Assembly: GCA_045543015.1 (NCBI GenBank) | Contig: JAZQLY010000002.1 | Location: forward strand, 17,382 to 81,381 | Origin: Eubacteriales bacterium | GTDB lineage: Bacteria > Bacillota > Clostridia > Oscillospirales > CAG-272 | Reading direction: 5' to 3' | Length of the DNA: 64,000 nucleotides | In this document: piece after piece, positions 10,169 to 18,423 of the stretch | Layout: each line of letters starts with the position of its first letter | Position numbering within the stretch: position 1 is the first letter of the stretch | Notes under the pieces: generated by a model | Seen by the model: only the letters and a program-made list of their open reading frames with translations | Told to the model about the DNA's origin: nothing | Databases searched by the model: none | Translations under genes and position numbers: made by a program

Positions 10169-12403
10169 ATGGCAAGAAAAAAGAAGGCAGATGCAACCCC
10201 AACGCAAAAGATAACAGCGGAAATCACGTTGCAGCCCATTACCGAAACCATAGAAAAAAACTACATGCCCTACGTTATGAGCGTGATCGTTTCGCGCGCC
10301 CTGCCGGATATAGACGGCTTTAAGCCCTCACACAGAAAGCTGCTTTATACCATGTATAAAATGGGACTGCTGAACGGTGCACGTACCAAGAGTGCCAATG
10401 TAGTTGGTCAGACGATGCACCTGAACCCCCACGGTGATGCGGCGATCTACGAAACGCTGGTCCGTCTGACCAGCGGTTGTGAGGCCTTGCTGCATCCGTT
10501 TGTGGATTACAAGGGCAGCTTTGGTAAGCAGTACAGTAACATGGCCTATGCCGCTTCTCGTTATACGGAGGTCAAGCTCGCTCCTATCTGCCAAGAGTTA
10601 TTTTCGGGAATTGACAAGAATGCTGTAGACATGGTTCCGAACTATGATAACACAACAACCGAGCCGACCCTACTTCCCACCACGTTTCCTAACATTTTGA
10701 TATCACCGAACCTGGGCATTGCCGTTGGTATGGCATGTCGCATTTGCTCCTTCAATCTGGGGGAGATATGTGACGGCACCATTGCGTTATTAAAAAACCC
10801 CAATACCTCCGTGGACAAAATGATGGAGCTGATCAAGGCTCCGGATTTTCCCGGCGGCGGACTTTTGATCTATGACCGCGAGGCCATGCGCCGCGTATTT
10901 GAAAGCGGCGACGGTACGCTTAAGGTGCGCGCACGTTACCAGTACAATGCAAAAGAAAACAGCATTGAGGTGCTGCAGATCCCATACAGCACAACGGTTG
11001 AAGACATTATTGAAAAGATCACCGAGCTGGTCAAGACCGGCAAAATGAAGGAGATCACCGACGTTCGTGACTCGATCGACCTGAACGGCTCCAAGCTCAT
11101 GACGATAGAGCTGCGCCGCGGGACAGACCCGGATCGTTTGATGGCAAAGCTATACAAGCTGACCTCGCTGGAAGACAGCTTCAGCTGCAATTTCAACGTA
11201 CTGATCAACGGAACTCCCCGCCAGATCGGCGTAGTGGAGATCTTGCGGGAATGGATCCTGTTCCGCCTTTCCTGTCTGCGCCGTGAACTGACCTACGAGC
11301 TGGACAAAAAGAAAGACAAGCTGCACCTTCTGCTGGGCCTTGCCACCATCTTGTTGGATATCGACAAGGCGGTACGCATCGTTCGCAATACGGAGAAGGA
11401 GGAGGACGTTGTTCCCAACCTGATGGTAGCGTTCTCGATAGACGAAATACAGGCTGAATATATTGCCGAGATCAAGCTCCGCCACCTCAACCGTGAATAC
11501 ATCTTGAACCGCGTGCAGGAGATCGAAAACCTGCAGGCCGACATTGCACGTCTGGAAGAGATATTAGCTGACGAATTGAAGCAAAAGGCTTTGATCGCCG
11601 ATCAATTGAAGGAGATCAAGAAGAAGTACGGCATGCCGAGAAAAACGCAGTTGATCGGTGCCGAGGACATTGTAACGGTCAGCGCAGAGGATTTCATTGA
11701 AAATTACAACGTGCGTCTGATCTTAACGCGTGACGGCTATTTCAAAAAGATCACGCTGCAATCCTTGCGCGGAAATGATGAGCAGACCTTGAAGGACGGG
11801 GACTACATCCTCTCCGAGGAGGAAACGGACAACCTGGGTGAGCTGGTTGTGTTTACGAATCAAGCCCGTGTGTTCAAAGCCAAGGTTTCGGATTTTGACG
11901 TGACGAAGGCCTCTGCTTTGGGTGAGTTTTTGCCGGCACGGTTCAATATGAACGAGGGGGAACGGCCAATTCTTGCCAAAGCACTTAATGGCTATTCTGA
12001 AAAGCATCACATCGTCTTTTTGTTTGAGAACGGAAAGGGCGTTCGTGTTTCGGTAGACAACTATAATGCCGAGCGCAAAAAGCTCACGTCTGCTTTCTCC
12101 AAGGCCTCTCCCGTTGTAGCGGCATTTTATGAGGAAGAACCGTTTGACATTCTGATGGTAGACAATCTGCACAGGGCCATTCTGCTTTCTTCTTCTATCA
12201 TACCGGAAATGGCTACCAAAACAGCCGGTGGCGTTACCCTGTTTACGATGAAAAAAGGGAAGACAAACCTCGCCTTTGCCACCAGAGACTTTGCCGGAAA
12301 ATATGAAGCGCCAGACCGTTATCGCAAGAAAAAGATCCCCGCTACAGGCATCCTGCTTGCCGAAAATGACATCAAAATGCAACAAATTCAATTTGAATCA
12401 TAA
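10169..12403 (+). CDS. parC: Type IIA topoisomerase subunit A (ParC/GyrA family, ParC-like length)
   Basis: Motifs DGFKPSHRKLLY, HPHGD and AASRYTEVKL (catalytic Tyr); 744 aa. Confidence 0.85.
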   Translation: MARKKKADATPTQKITAEITLQPITETIEKNYMPYVMSVIVSRALPDIDGFKPSHRKLLYTMYKMGLLNGARTKSANVVGQTMHLNPHGDAAIYETLVRLTSGCEALLHPFVDYKGSFGKQYSNMAYAASRYTEVKLAPICQELFSGIDKNAVDMVPNYDNTTTEPTLLPTTFPNILISPNLGIAVGMACRICSFNLGEICDGTIALLKNPNTSVDKMMELIKAPDFPGGGLLIYDREAMRRVFESGDGTLKVRARYQYNAKENSIEVLQIPYSTTVEDIIEKITELVKTGKMKEITDVRDSIDLNGSKLMTIELRRGTDPDRLMAKLYKLTSLEDSFSCNFNVLINGTPRQIGVVEILREWILFRLSCLRRELTYELDKKKDKLHLLLGLATILLDIDKAVRIVRNTEKEEDVVPNLMVAFSIDEIQAEYIAEIKLRHLNREYILNRVQEIENLQADIARLEEILADELKQKALIADQLKEIKKKYGMPRKTQLIGAEDIVTVSAEDFIENYNVRLILTRDGYFKKITLQSLRGNDEQTLKDGDYILSEEETDNLGELVVFTNQARVFKAKVSDFDVTKASALGEFLPARFNMNEGERPILAKALNGYSEKHHIVFLFENGKGVRVSVDNYNAERKKLTSAFSKASPVVAAFYEEEPFDILMVDNLHRAILLSSSIIPEMATKTAGGVTLFTMKKGKTNLAFATRDFAGKYEAPDRYRKKKIPATGILLAENDIKMQQIQFES

Positions 12404-12407
12404 GAGC

Positions 12408-12443
12408 AAAAATCCCTGCCGGAATTTGGCAGGGATTTTTTTG
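12408..12443 (+). terminator. Intrinsic terminator after parC
   Basis: ATCCCTGCC/GGCAGGGAT stem followed by T7. Confidence 0.85.
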
Positions 12444-12501
12444 TATGCGTTTTTTATTTGAGTGTTACACTATTTTTGCAAAAAAACAAGGAGAAAGGCT
12501 T

Positions 12502-13818
12502 ATGAAAAAAGTTTTACTGCTGTGTACGTTGTGCATATTTCTTTTGCCCCTGTTCGGGTGTGCACAAAGTAATGAAAACACACTGTATTTTTTGAATTTC
12601 AAACCGGAATCAGCCGGTGCTTATCAAGAAATCGCAGAAAAATATAAAGAGGAGACTGGCGTAAATCTGCGCGTTGTAACGGCAGCCTCCGGCACCTACG
12701 AGCAAACCTTAAAATCCGAGATCAGCAAAAGTGATGCGCCGGTCTTGTTCCAGATCAACGGTGTAGTTGGCTACGCCGCTTGGAAAAACTACTGCAAGGA
12801 TCTCTCTGACACTACGCTTTACAAGCATTTGACAGATCCCTCGCTTGCCATTGCTTCAGATGGCGGTGTTTTCGGTCTTCCGGCCGTGGTAGAGGGGTAC
12901 GGTATCATTTACAACAAAGAGATCACAGACCGCTATTTTGCGCTTTCTGACCGTGCTACCACGTTCTCGTCCATGGAGGAGATCAACTCATTTGATAAAT
13001 TATCTTCTCTGGTAAAAGACATGGATGCAAAAAAAGCGCAGCTGGCTATCAAGGGCGTCTTTGCCGCCACCTCTTTAAAATCCGGTGAGGACTGGCGTTA
13101 TCAGACGCATCTGGCCAACATGCCTGTCTATTACGAGCTGATGGAGAAGAAATTGGATATCAGCAAGGACGATCTTAGTGGCATCACGTTCACCTATGGA
13201 AACAACTTCAAAAACCTTTTTGATCTTTATATCAACTATTCTACAACCGATCCCAAGCTGCTTGGCAGCAAGCAGGTCTCTGATTCGATGGCTGAATTTG
13301 CCCTTGGGCAGTGTGCTATGGTGCAAAACGGCAACTGGGCATGGAGCCAGATCAGTGAGGTCAGCGGCAATCGCGTAAAGGAAGAAAACATCAAGTTCTT
13401 GCCCCTGTATATCGGCGTCGAGGGGGAAGAGAAGCAGGGACTTTGTGTCGGAACAGAAAACTATTTTGCCATCAATTCGCAGGCGAGTGAAGAAAAGCAA
13501 AAACTGGCAGAGGACTTCCTCAACTGGCTGTATACCAGCGATAGCGGAAAAAATCTCGTTACCAACAAGTTGAATTTCATTGCACCGTATGATACGTTCA
13601 AGGAAGCAGAGGAGCCGTCAGACCCGCTCGGAAAGGAAGTATACCGCTGGATGAATAAAGAGGACGTGTATACCGTTCCGTGGATCTTCTCCATCTTCCC
13701 AAGCCAGAACTTTAAAACGGATTTTGGCGCAGCACTGCTGCAATACGCGCAGGGAACCAAATCATGGAATGATGTCGTCACGCTATTTGCTGAACGATGG
13801 AAGGAAGAGATCGCCTGA
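12502..13818 (+). CDS. Sugar ABC transporter substrate-binding lipoprotein (CUT1)
   Basis: MKKVLLLCTLCIFLLPLFGC lipobox, AAGGAGAAAGG SD, family-1 SBP pattern. Confidence 0.85.
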   Translation: MKKVLLLCTLCIFLLPLFGCAQSNENTLYFLNFKPESAGAYQEIAEKYKEETGVNLRVVTAASGTYEQTLKSEISKSDAPVLFQINGVVGYAAWKNYCKDLSDTTLYKHLTDPSLAIASDGGVFGLPAVVEGYGIIYNKEITDRYFALSDRATTFSSMEEINSFDKLSSLVKDMDAKKAQLAIKGVFAATSLKSGEDWRYQTHLANMPVYYELMEKKLDISKDDLSGITFTYGNNFKNLFDLYINYSTTDPKLLGSKQVSDSMAEFALGQCAMVQNGNWAWSQISEVSGNRVKEENIKFLPLYIGVEGEEKQGLCVGTENYFAINSQASEEKQKLAEDFLNWLYTSDSGKNLVTNKLNFIAPYDTFKEAEEPSDPLGKEVYRWMNKEDVYTVPWIFSIFPSQNFKTDFGAALLQYAQGTKSWNDVVTLFAERWKEEIA

Positions 13819-14663
13819 TGCAGAGAAGTCTGCGAAAATACGCTTGGTTATTTTTGCTGCCCACGCTGATCGCGTTTGTGATCGCCTTTCTTGTGCCGTT
13901 TGTCATGGGCGTCGGCCTTTCCTTTACCGAATTTACAACGGTAACCGATGCGCGTTTCGTCGGCATTGCAAACTATATCAAGGCATTTACCGGAAACCGT
14001 GATTTTTTGAATGCGCTTTGGTTTACCATCAAATTTACGGTCGTTTCGGTCATCTCTGTCAACGTCTTTGCCTTTCTTTTGGCACTGCTACTGACCAAGG
14101 GGCTGCGCGGCACCAATTTTTTCAGAACGGCCTTTTTCATGCCAAACCTGATCGGTGGCATCGTGCTGGGCTATATCTGGCAGCTGATCATCAACGGCTT
14201 TTTGGCGGCCCGCGGGGTAGACCTGACGTATCACGCACAATACGGCTTCTGGGGACTTGTTGTGTTGATGAATTGGCAGATGATCGGCTATATGATGATC
14301 ATTTATATTGCCGGCCTGCAGAACATCCCGCACGAGCTGCATGAGGTAGCAGCGATCGACGGCGCAAACGGTAGACAAACGCTAAAGCACATCACCATTC
14401 CACTTGTTATGCCTTCCGTCACGATCTGCACGTTTTTAACGCTCAGCAACTCGTTTAAAATGTTTGACCAGAACTACGCCTTGACCGGCGGCGCACCGGC
14501 TAAGCAGACGCAAATGCTGGCGCTGGATATTTACAACACGTTTTACGGCAGCATCGGGCAAGAGGGCGTAGGGCAAGCAAAAGCCGTTATTTTCTTTGTT
14601 TTGGTGGCTCTGGTTGCCTTGCTGCAAATGCGCTTGACGCGCCGCAAGGAGGCAGACGTATGA
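13818..14663 (+). CDS. Sugar ABC transporter permease
   Basis: MalF/BPD-type TM protein. ATG overlaps the SBP stop (TGATG). Confidence 0.85.
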   Translation: MQRSLRKYAWLFLLPTLIAFVIAFLVPFVMGVGLSFTEFTTVTDARFVGIANYIKAFTGNRDFLNALWFTIKFTVVSVISVNVFAFLLALLLTKGLRGTNFFRTAFFMPNLIGGIVLGYIWQLIINGFLAARGVDLTYHAQYGFWGLVVLMNWQMIGYMMIIYIAGLQNIPHELHEVAAIDGANGRQTLKHITIPLVMPSVTICTFLTLSNSFKMFDQNYALTGGAPAKQTQMLALDIYNTFYGSIGQEGVGQAKAVIFFVLVALVALLQMRLTRRKEADV

Positions 14664-15496
14664 CAACGTCCAAAAAGGTAAAAAACGCTTTTCTTGTCAT
14701 TTTCCTGGCAGCACTGACTCTCTTGTTTCTCATGCCGATCATCATCGTGTTTATGAACTCCTTCAAGGGACAGTTTTATATCTCGGCAGAGCCGTTCCAG
14801 CTGCCATCTCCCGGAACCTTTGTAGGCTTGCAAAACTATTTCAGCGGTATTGAGAAGATCAACTTTTTCAGCGCATTCGGTTATTCCTTGTTTATTACGG
14901 TTTTTTCGGTGCTCACGATTTTGCTGTTCACCTCCATGACGGCGTGGTACCTGGTGCGTGTACGCACCAGAGCGAGCAAGATCATATATTACGCGCTGGT
15001 GTTCAGCATGATCGTGCCGTTTCAAATGGTGATGTTTACCATGTCCAAGGTTGCAAACGTATTGCGGCTGGAAAATCCGGTTGGCATCGTTCTGATCTAT
15101 CTCGGCTTTGGTGCAGGCTTATCCGTATTTATGTTTTGCGGCTTTATACGATCTATTCCGCTTGCTATTGAAGAGGCGGCAGAAATAGACGGCTGTACGC
15201 CACCACAACGATTCTTTTACGTTATATTCCCAATACTGAAGCCGATTGCGATCACCGTTGCGGTTCTGAACGCGATGTGGATATGGAACGATTACTTGCT
15301 GCCGCTTTTGGTCATCGGCTCCAAGTATCGGACGATTCCCGTCGCCGTACAGTATCTGCAGGGCGGCTACGGCTCACGCGATATGGGGGCGCTGATGGCC
15401 ATGCTGGTATTGGCAATCATTCCTATCATCATTTTCTACGCCGCCATGCAACGGCACATCATTCGCGGTGTGGTGGCAGGTGCTGTAAAAGGATAA
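14660..15496 (+). CDS. Sugar ABC transporter permease
   Basis: MalG-type permease with EAA-like loop (EEAAEIDGCTPPQRF). 4-nt overlap with the upstream permease. Confidence 0.85.
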   Translation: MTTSKKVKNAFLVIFLAALTLLFLMPIIIVFMNSFKGQFYISAEPFQLPSPGTFVGLQNYFSGIEKINFFSAFGYSLFITVFSVLTILLFTSMTAWYLVRVRTRASKIIYYALVFSMIVPFQMVMFTMSKVANVLRLENPVGIVLIYLGFGAGLSVFMFCGFIRSIPLAIEEAAEIDGCTPPQRFFYVIFPILKPIAITVAVLNAMWIWNDYLLPLLVIGSKYRTIPVAVQYLQGGYGSRDMGALMAMLVLAIIPIIIFYAAMQRHIIRGVVAGAVKG

Positions 15497-15499
15497 CGA

Positions 15500-15533
15500 A
15501 AAAAAACGAAGCCCCAAGGGCTTCGTTTTTTTC
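15500..15533. terminator. Bidirectional intrinsic terminator
   Basis: CGAAGCCC/GGGCTTCG stem with an A-run and a T-run. Confidence 0.85.
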
Positions 15534-15535
15534 GT

Positions 15536-16471
15536 TTATACGTTCAAAAGCAGGGAAACGAGCGGCATGGTCAATACGGCAAGCAGCGTAGAAATGGAGA
15601 CCAGCGTGCCTGCATAGGTCGCATCACCGTCATATTTTTCAGCAAACATCGAGGTTGCCGTTGCGGCAGGCGTAGCAGCCGTTACCAGAATGACCGTCAT
15701 AACCGTCTGATTGATGCCCGGCAGGAAGAGCGATAGCAATTTCATGATCCCGAACACGGCAGTCGGCAAAAACAACATACGAACAAATAAGAACTCATAC
15801 AAATAGCGATCACGGAAGATGCCGGCAAATTTCAGATCCGCCAAGCGCAGACCAATAATGATCATAGAAAGCGGCGCTACCAGATCCTTCAGCATGTTCA
15901 TGCCTTCTATTAAAATCGTCGGTACATAGGTGTCAATGGGCAATAAAAAGATGGCAAGACCGATCGCAGCAGAGATCGTTACCGGGTGCAAAAGAACCCT
16001 CTTGAACGACGCTTGCTTTTTGTCACCCGTGCAGATCATGACACCGAGCGACCAGAGGAACAGATTGAAGGTAATGTTATAAACCGATGCGTAAATAGCA
16101 GCTTCCGCATCCAGCACGGCAACGATCAGCGGAATACCCATATACGCAGCGTTGGAAAAGATCGTAGCAAAGCGCAGGATTTTTTGCTTACCGTCTTCCG
16201 CTTTGCGGAAACAAAGGAAGGCAACACCGGCAAAAAGAAAATGAGAAAGAACAGAAAAAATGAACACCCAAATAGCATTAAATAAGATCTCTTGATCAAA
16301 GGCACGGATATACGCCACCACGATCAAGGCGGGCTGGGCAACGTACAAAACCAAATTTGCCAGTCCCTTGCCAAGACCGGGTGTAGAAAGTCCGCATTTT
16401 GACATGATAATGCCGGGAATCAGCATCAAAAATAAAAGTCCAACCTGGTAGATCAATGCAGTAGAAACCAT
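15536..16471 (-). CDS. AEC (auxin efflux carrier) family transporter
   Basis: About 10-TM protein of 311 aa with an AEC-like pattern. Confidence 0.75.
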   Translation of the reverse strand: MVSTALIYQVGLLFLMLIPGIIMSKCGLSTPGLGKGLANLVLYVAQPALIVVAYIRAFDQEILFNAIWVFIFSVLSHFLFAGVAFLCFRKAEDGKQKILRFATIFSNAAYMGIPLIVAVLDAEAAIYASVYNITFNLFLWSLGVMICTGDKKQASFKRVLLHPVTISAAIGLAIFLLPIDTYVPTILIEGMNMLKDLVAPLSMIIIGLRLADLKFAGIFRDRYLYEFLFVRMLFLPTAVFGIMKLLSLFLPGINQTVMTVILVTAATPAATATSMFAEKYDGDATYAGTLVSISTLLAVLTMPLVSLLLNV

Positions 16472-16501
16472 ATTTCAACCTCACAGAACGATAATGAAGA
16501 G

Positions 16502-16534
16502 AAAACCTCCATCGCGCTTGCGATGGAGGTTTTT
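16502..16534 (-). terminator. Hairpin terminator downstream of tRNA-Ser
   Basis: CCTCCATCG/CGATGGAGG stem with flanking A4/T4. Confidence 0.65.
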
Positions 16535-16535
16535 C

Positions 16536-16627
16536 TGGCGGAGAGAAAGGGATTCGAACCCTTGAACCGCTATCAACGGTTACACGATTTCCAGTCGTGC
16601 GCCTTAGACCAGCTCAGCCATCTCTCC
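16536..16627 (-). tRNA. tRNA-Ser (anticodon GGA), long variable arm, CCA encoded
   Basis: Reverse complement reads GGAGAGATGGCTGAGCTGG..CTGGAAA..GGTTCGAATCCCTTTCTCTCCGCCA. Cloverleaf checked by hand. Confidence 0.9.
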
Positions 16628-16638
16628 ACGACCTCATT

Positions 16639-16667
16639 ATTATACCACATATATTTCAAAAATGCAA
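16639..16667 (-). promoter_or_regulatory. SigA promoter of tRNA-Ser
   Basis: On the minus strand: TTGCAT, 17-nt spacer, TATAAT, about 11 nt before the tRNA 5' end. Confidence 0.7.
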
Positions 16668-16705
16668 GAGGAAAAGCAAATTTTTTTAAATTTTTTCTTT
16701 TTTTA

Positions 16706-16741
16706 AGCAAAAAGGAAAAGAGCGGAATCTTCCGCTCTTTT
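16706..16741 (-). terminator. Intrinsic terminator after the flavodoxin-like gene
   Basis: AAGAGCGGA/TCCGCTCTT stem; T-rich tail on the minus strand. Confidence 0.7.
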
Positions 16742-16753
16742 ACCCAAACGATC

Positions 16754-17176
16754 TTAGCCCTGGATATCAACCATGATTCTTTCAAGCCAGGCTGCAGCGG
16801 CGGCGTTTTCCTCTTCGCTTACACCGCGCAGGAACTTGAAGGGAAGACCGCCGTTCATATACAGAACCTCGTCGCAAACGTGCGTGCCGGCGCCCTTGAT
16901 CCATTCAATGATCGGCTCGGCATTTTCCTTCTTACCATCTACGACCAGGGCAACGTGCTGCGTTCTGCCACGGCCAAGATCCTTGCAGAAGATAGTAAAT
17001 GCATTCGGCATTTTAGCAGCTGCAGAAACTACCAGAATAACCAATCTTTCACGGTCGCAGGAATATGCGGGGGGGATAACATCTACTGCATATTCAGCTT
17101 GACCCTTCTTGGCAAGCATCTCTGCAATAGAAAGCAGTTTACCTTTGCTGGTGGCAGTCAATACGCGCAATTTCAT
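16754..17176 (-). CDS. Hypothetical protein, possibly flavodoxin-like fold
   Basis: GGAGGA SD 6 nt upstream. The beta-alpha-beta style N-terminus (MKLRVLTATSKGKL..) resembles flavodoxin-like proteins, but no clear FMN motif. Confidence 0.5.
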   Translation of the reverse strand: MKLRVLTATSKGKLLSIAEMLAKKGQAEYAVDVIPPAYSCDRERLVILVVSAAAKMPNAFTIFCKDLGRGRTQHVALVVDGKKENAEPIIEWIKGAGTHVCDEVLYMNGGLPFKFLRGVSEEENAAAAAWLERIMVDIQG

Positions 17177-17428
17177 GTTTCGTCCTCCGTAAACAGGTGT
17201 GACCTGTGTTTTCTTATATTATAACACAGATATATAAAAAAGGGAAGTGCTTTTTGAAAAAAATACACATATCCTTCAATAAATTTGTCCAGCATCAAGA
17301 AAAGATGATCAAAAAACGGTTAAAGGGTGCTGCCTGGAAAAGATAAAAAAGAAAAAAAGCCGAGATCGTTAAAACGCCTCGCTCACCTAAACGAAGGAAA
17401 ATGCCTCTCCCTCGACTTTTGTCAGTAG

Positions 17429-17563
17429 CATATCACAACCAGATATTCAACCATGGAGAGGGGTGAGCGCGAGATCTCCGCAGTAGAGTTCTGGTTGATC
17501 GCGCAAGCCCTCGGCGTGGATGATCAAACGGTCTTACAGGCACTACGCGATACACTCAAATAG
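17429..17563 (+). pseudogene. Remnant of an XRE-family HTH regulator (C-terminal part only)
   Basis: Frame open from 17429. It reads ..YSTMERGEREISAVEFWLIAQALGVDDQTVLQALRDTLK*, matching the recognition-helix end and tail of Cro/C1-type HTH proteins. The N-terminal helices are missing, with a stop immediately upstream. Confidence 0.5.
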
Positions 17564-17582
17564 GCAAAATGAAAAACACCCC

Positions 17583-17611
17583 TTGACAGAGTAGCATAGA
17601 TGTGCTACAAT
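17583..17611 (+). promoter_or_regulatory. Orphan near-consensus SigA promoter
   Basis: TTGACA (17583-88), 17-nt spacer, TACAAT (17606-11). No annotated gene downstream on this strand. Confidence 0.65.
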
Positions 17612-17625
17612 GTATAGCGGGAGCA

Positions 17626-17659
17626 TTGATTATACAAAATGCAAATTTTGTATAATCAA
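17626..17659. repeat. Perfect 15-bp inverted repeat (operator or 5' stem-loop)
   Basis: TTGATTATACAAAAT, loop GCAA, ATTTTGTATAATCAA; starts about +8 from the predicted TSS. Confidence 0.9.
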
Positions 17660-17678
17660 GGGGAGGGCTTTTCCAATA

Positions 17679-17765
17679 GTGGGGCTCGGTACGGCGCTTT
17701 TTATGGGATATTTGCCTGGTTATGAGGAGTTATATTACCTTCCATATTTATGTTTTCAGATCTGA
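17679..17765 (+). CDS. Possible micropeptide ORF (28 aa from GTG 17679, or 20 aa from ATG 17703)
   Basis: GGGGAGGG SD-like run at 17660-67. Peptide is (V)GLGTALFMGYLPGYEELYYLPYLCFQI. Coding status unproven. Confidence 0.25.
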   Translation: MGLGTALFMGYLPGYEELYYLPYLCFQI

Positions 17766-17817
17766 TATGTGTCTCACGGCTGTATAATCAGCCGTGTCAA
17801 ACGAATAATATTTTCAT

Positions 17818-17877
17818 GCCTCTCACCCGGCTGTTATGGCCCGTTGAGAGGCGTTTTCCTCGAGTTTCTGCTTTTTT
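17818..17877 (+). terminator. Hairpin plus T-rich tail ending the orphan transcript
   Basis: GCCTCTCA..TGAGAGGC stem followed by GTTTTCCTCGAGTTTCTGCTTTTTT. Confidence 0.5.
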
Positions 17878-18063
17878 CACACAGAATTTTTTATTTAATC
17901 TTGTATTATGCCTTTAAATTTGTTATCATTATACAGTAGATGATTGCAAGCAAGCAGCAATGCAGGCGCATCGCTTAGCAGCTACCATCTCACATCATAT
18001 TTCCCCCTTTTAAAAATTGCCCCATTCGTTTTGTTAATATTTTAATAATCTAATGATTAGCGT

Positions 18064-18357
18064 TTAGCGCGTATGATCCACCCGTTGGCTTAAATACTTT
18101 TGTTTCGTTGCTTCCCCGCCGCGCAGATGCCTTTCCGATTTATTTTCAGCCAAGATCTGCTTGGCGCTTTCAAAAAGCGCAGGATTGATGTATTTTAATC
18201 GCACTGCTACGTCTTTATGTACGGTGCTTTTGCTGACCGAAAAAACTTGTGCTACACGGCGTACTGTTGCCTTATGCTCGATCAAATACTGTGCCAACAC
18301 CTCACATCGTTCGCCCGGGTTTTGATAGATGATCATCTTCTCTTGATACGGTTGCAC
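18064..18357 (-). CDS. spoIIID: Stage III sporulation protein D (mother-cell transcription factor)
   Basis: VSKSTVHKDV and RHLRGGEATK motifs align with B. subtilis SpoIIID. GTG start; an internal ATG 7 codons in is an alternative. Confidence 0.9.
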   Translation of the reverse strand: MQPYQEKMIIYQNPGERCEVLAQYLIEHKATVRRVAQVFSVSKSTVHKDVAVRLKYINPALFESAKQILAENKSERHLRGGEATKQKYLSQRVDHTR

Positions 18358-18423
18358 CTAACGGTGACAGCCTCTCCTATTAAAATTTGTGTTATTCTAA
18401 TATATGAAAGGCTTGTTTTTTAC

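Larger units (their letters stand above)
17618..17878 (+). ncRNA. Candidate about 260-nt structured transcript (sRNA or micropeptide mRNA), class unknown
   Basis: Lies between the orphan promoter and a hairpin plus T-rich tail. Contains a 15-bp perfect hairpin (17626-59), an 8-bp hairpin (17775-96) and an 8-bp GC-rich hairpin (17818-52). No match to any RNA family I can recognise. Confidence 0.4.

Noticed and set aside
16523-17224. 233-aa plus-strand ORF
   Set aside because: It runs through the tRNA-Ser gene and its promoter, and lies antisense to the SD-supported 140-aa gene. No motifs.
17376-17400. CTCACCTAAACGAAGGAAAA looks like the preQ1-I tail seen at 60845
   Set aside because: There is no convincing P1 partner upstream and no downstream gene. 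The genuine riboswitch consensus tail (A-rich, CTAAGG) is only partly matched.
17676-17700. AATAGTGGGGCTCGGTACGGCGC resembles the T-box motif (AAnnnGGGTGGTACCGCG)
   Set aside because: There are several mismatches in the invariant core. No Stem I or specifier architecture is present (the 5' hairpin is a perfect bulge-free palindrome), and no aminoacyl-tRNA-related gene lies downstream.
17371-17855. 10-nt inverted match AAAACGCCTC / GAGGCGTTTT and a repeated ATGCCTCTC, bracketing the XRE remnant and promoter (possible element ends)
   Set aside because: A 10-mer inverted match within about 850 bp is expected by chance at appreciable frequency (order 0.1-0.5). There are no flanking direct repeats and no transposase.
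16536-18063. tRNA-Ser as an integration site, which would explain the AT-rich island
   Set aside because: The tRNA 3' end, the usual att site, faces the opposite direction (towards 16535). An ordinary gene lies between the tRNA and the island, and no integrase or att duplication is visible.
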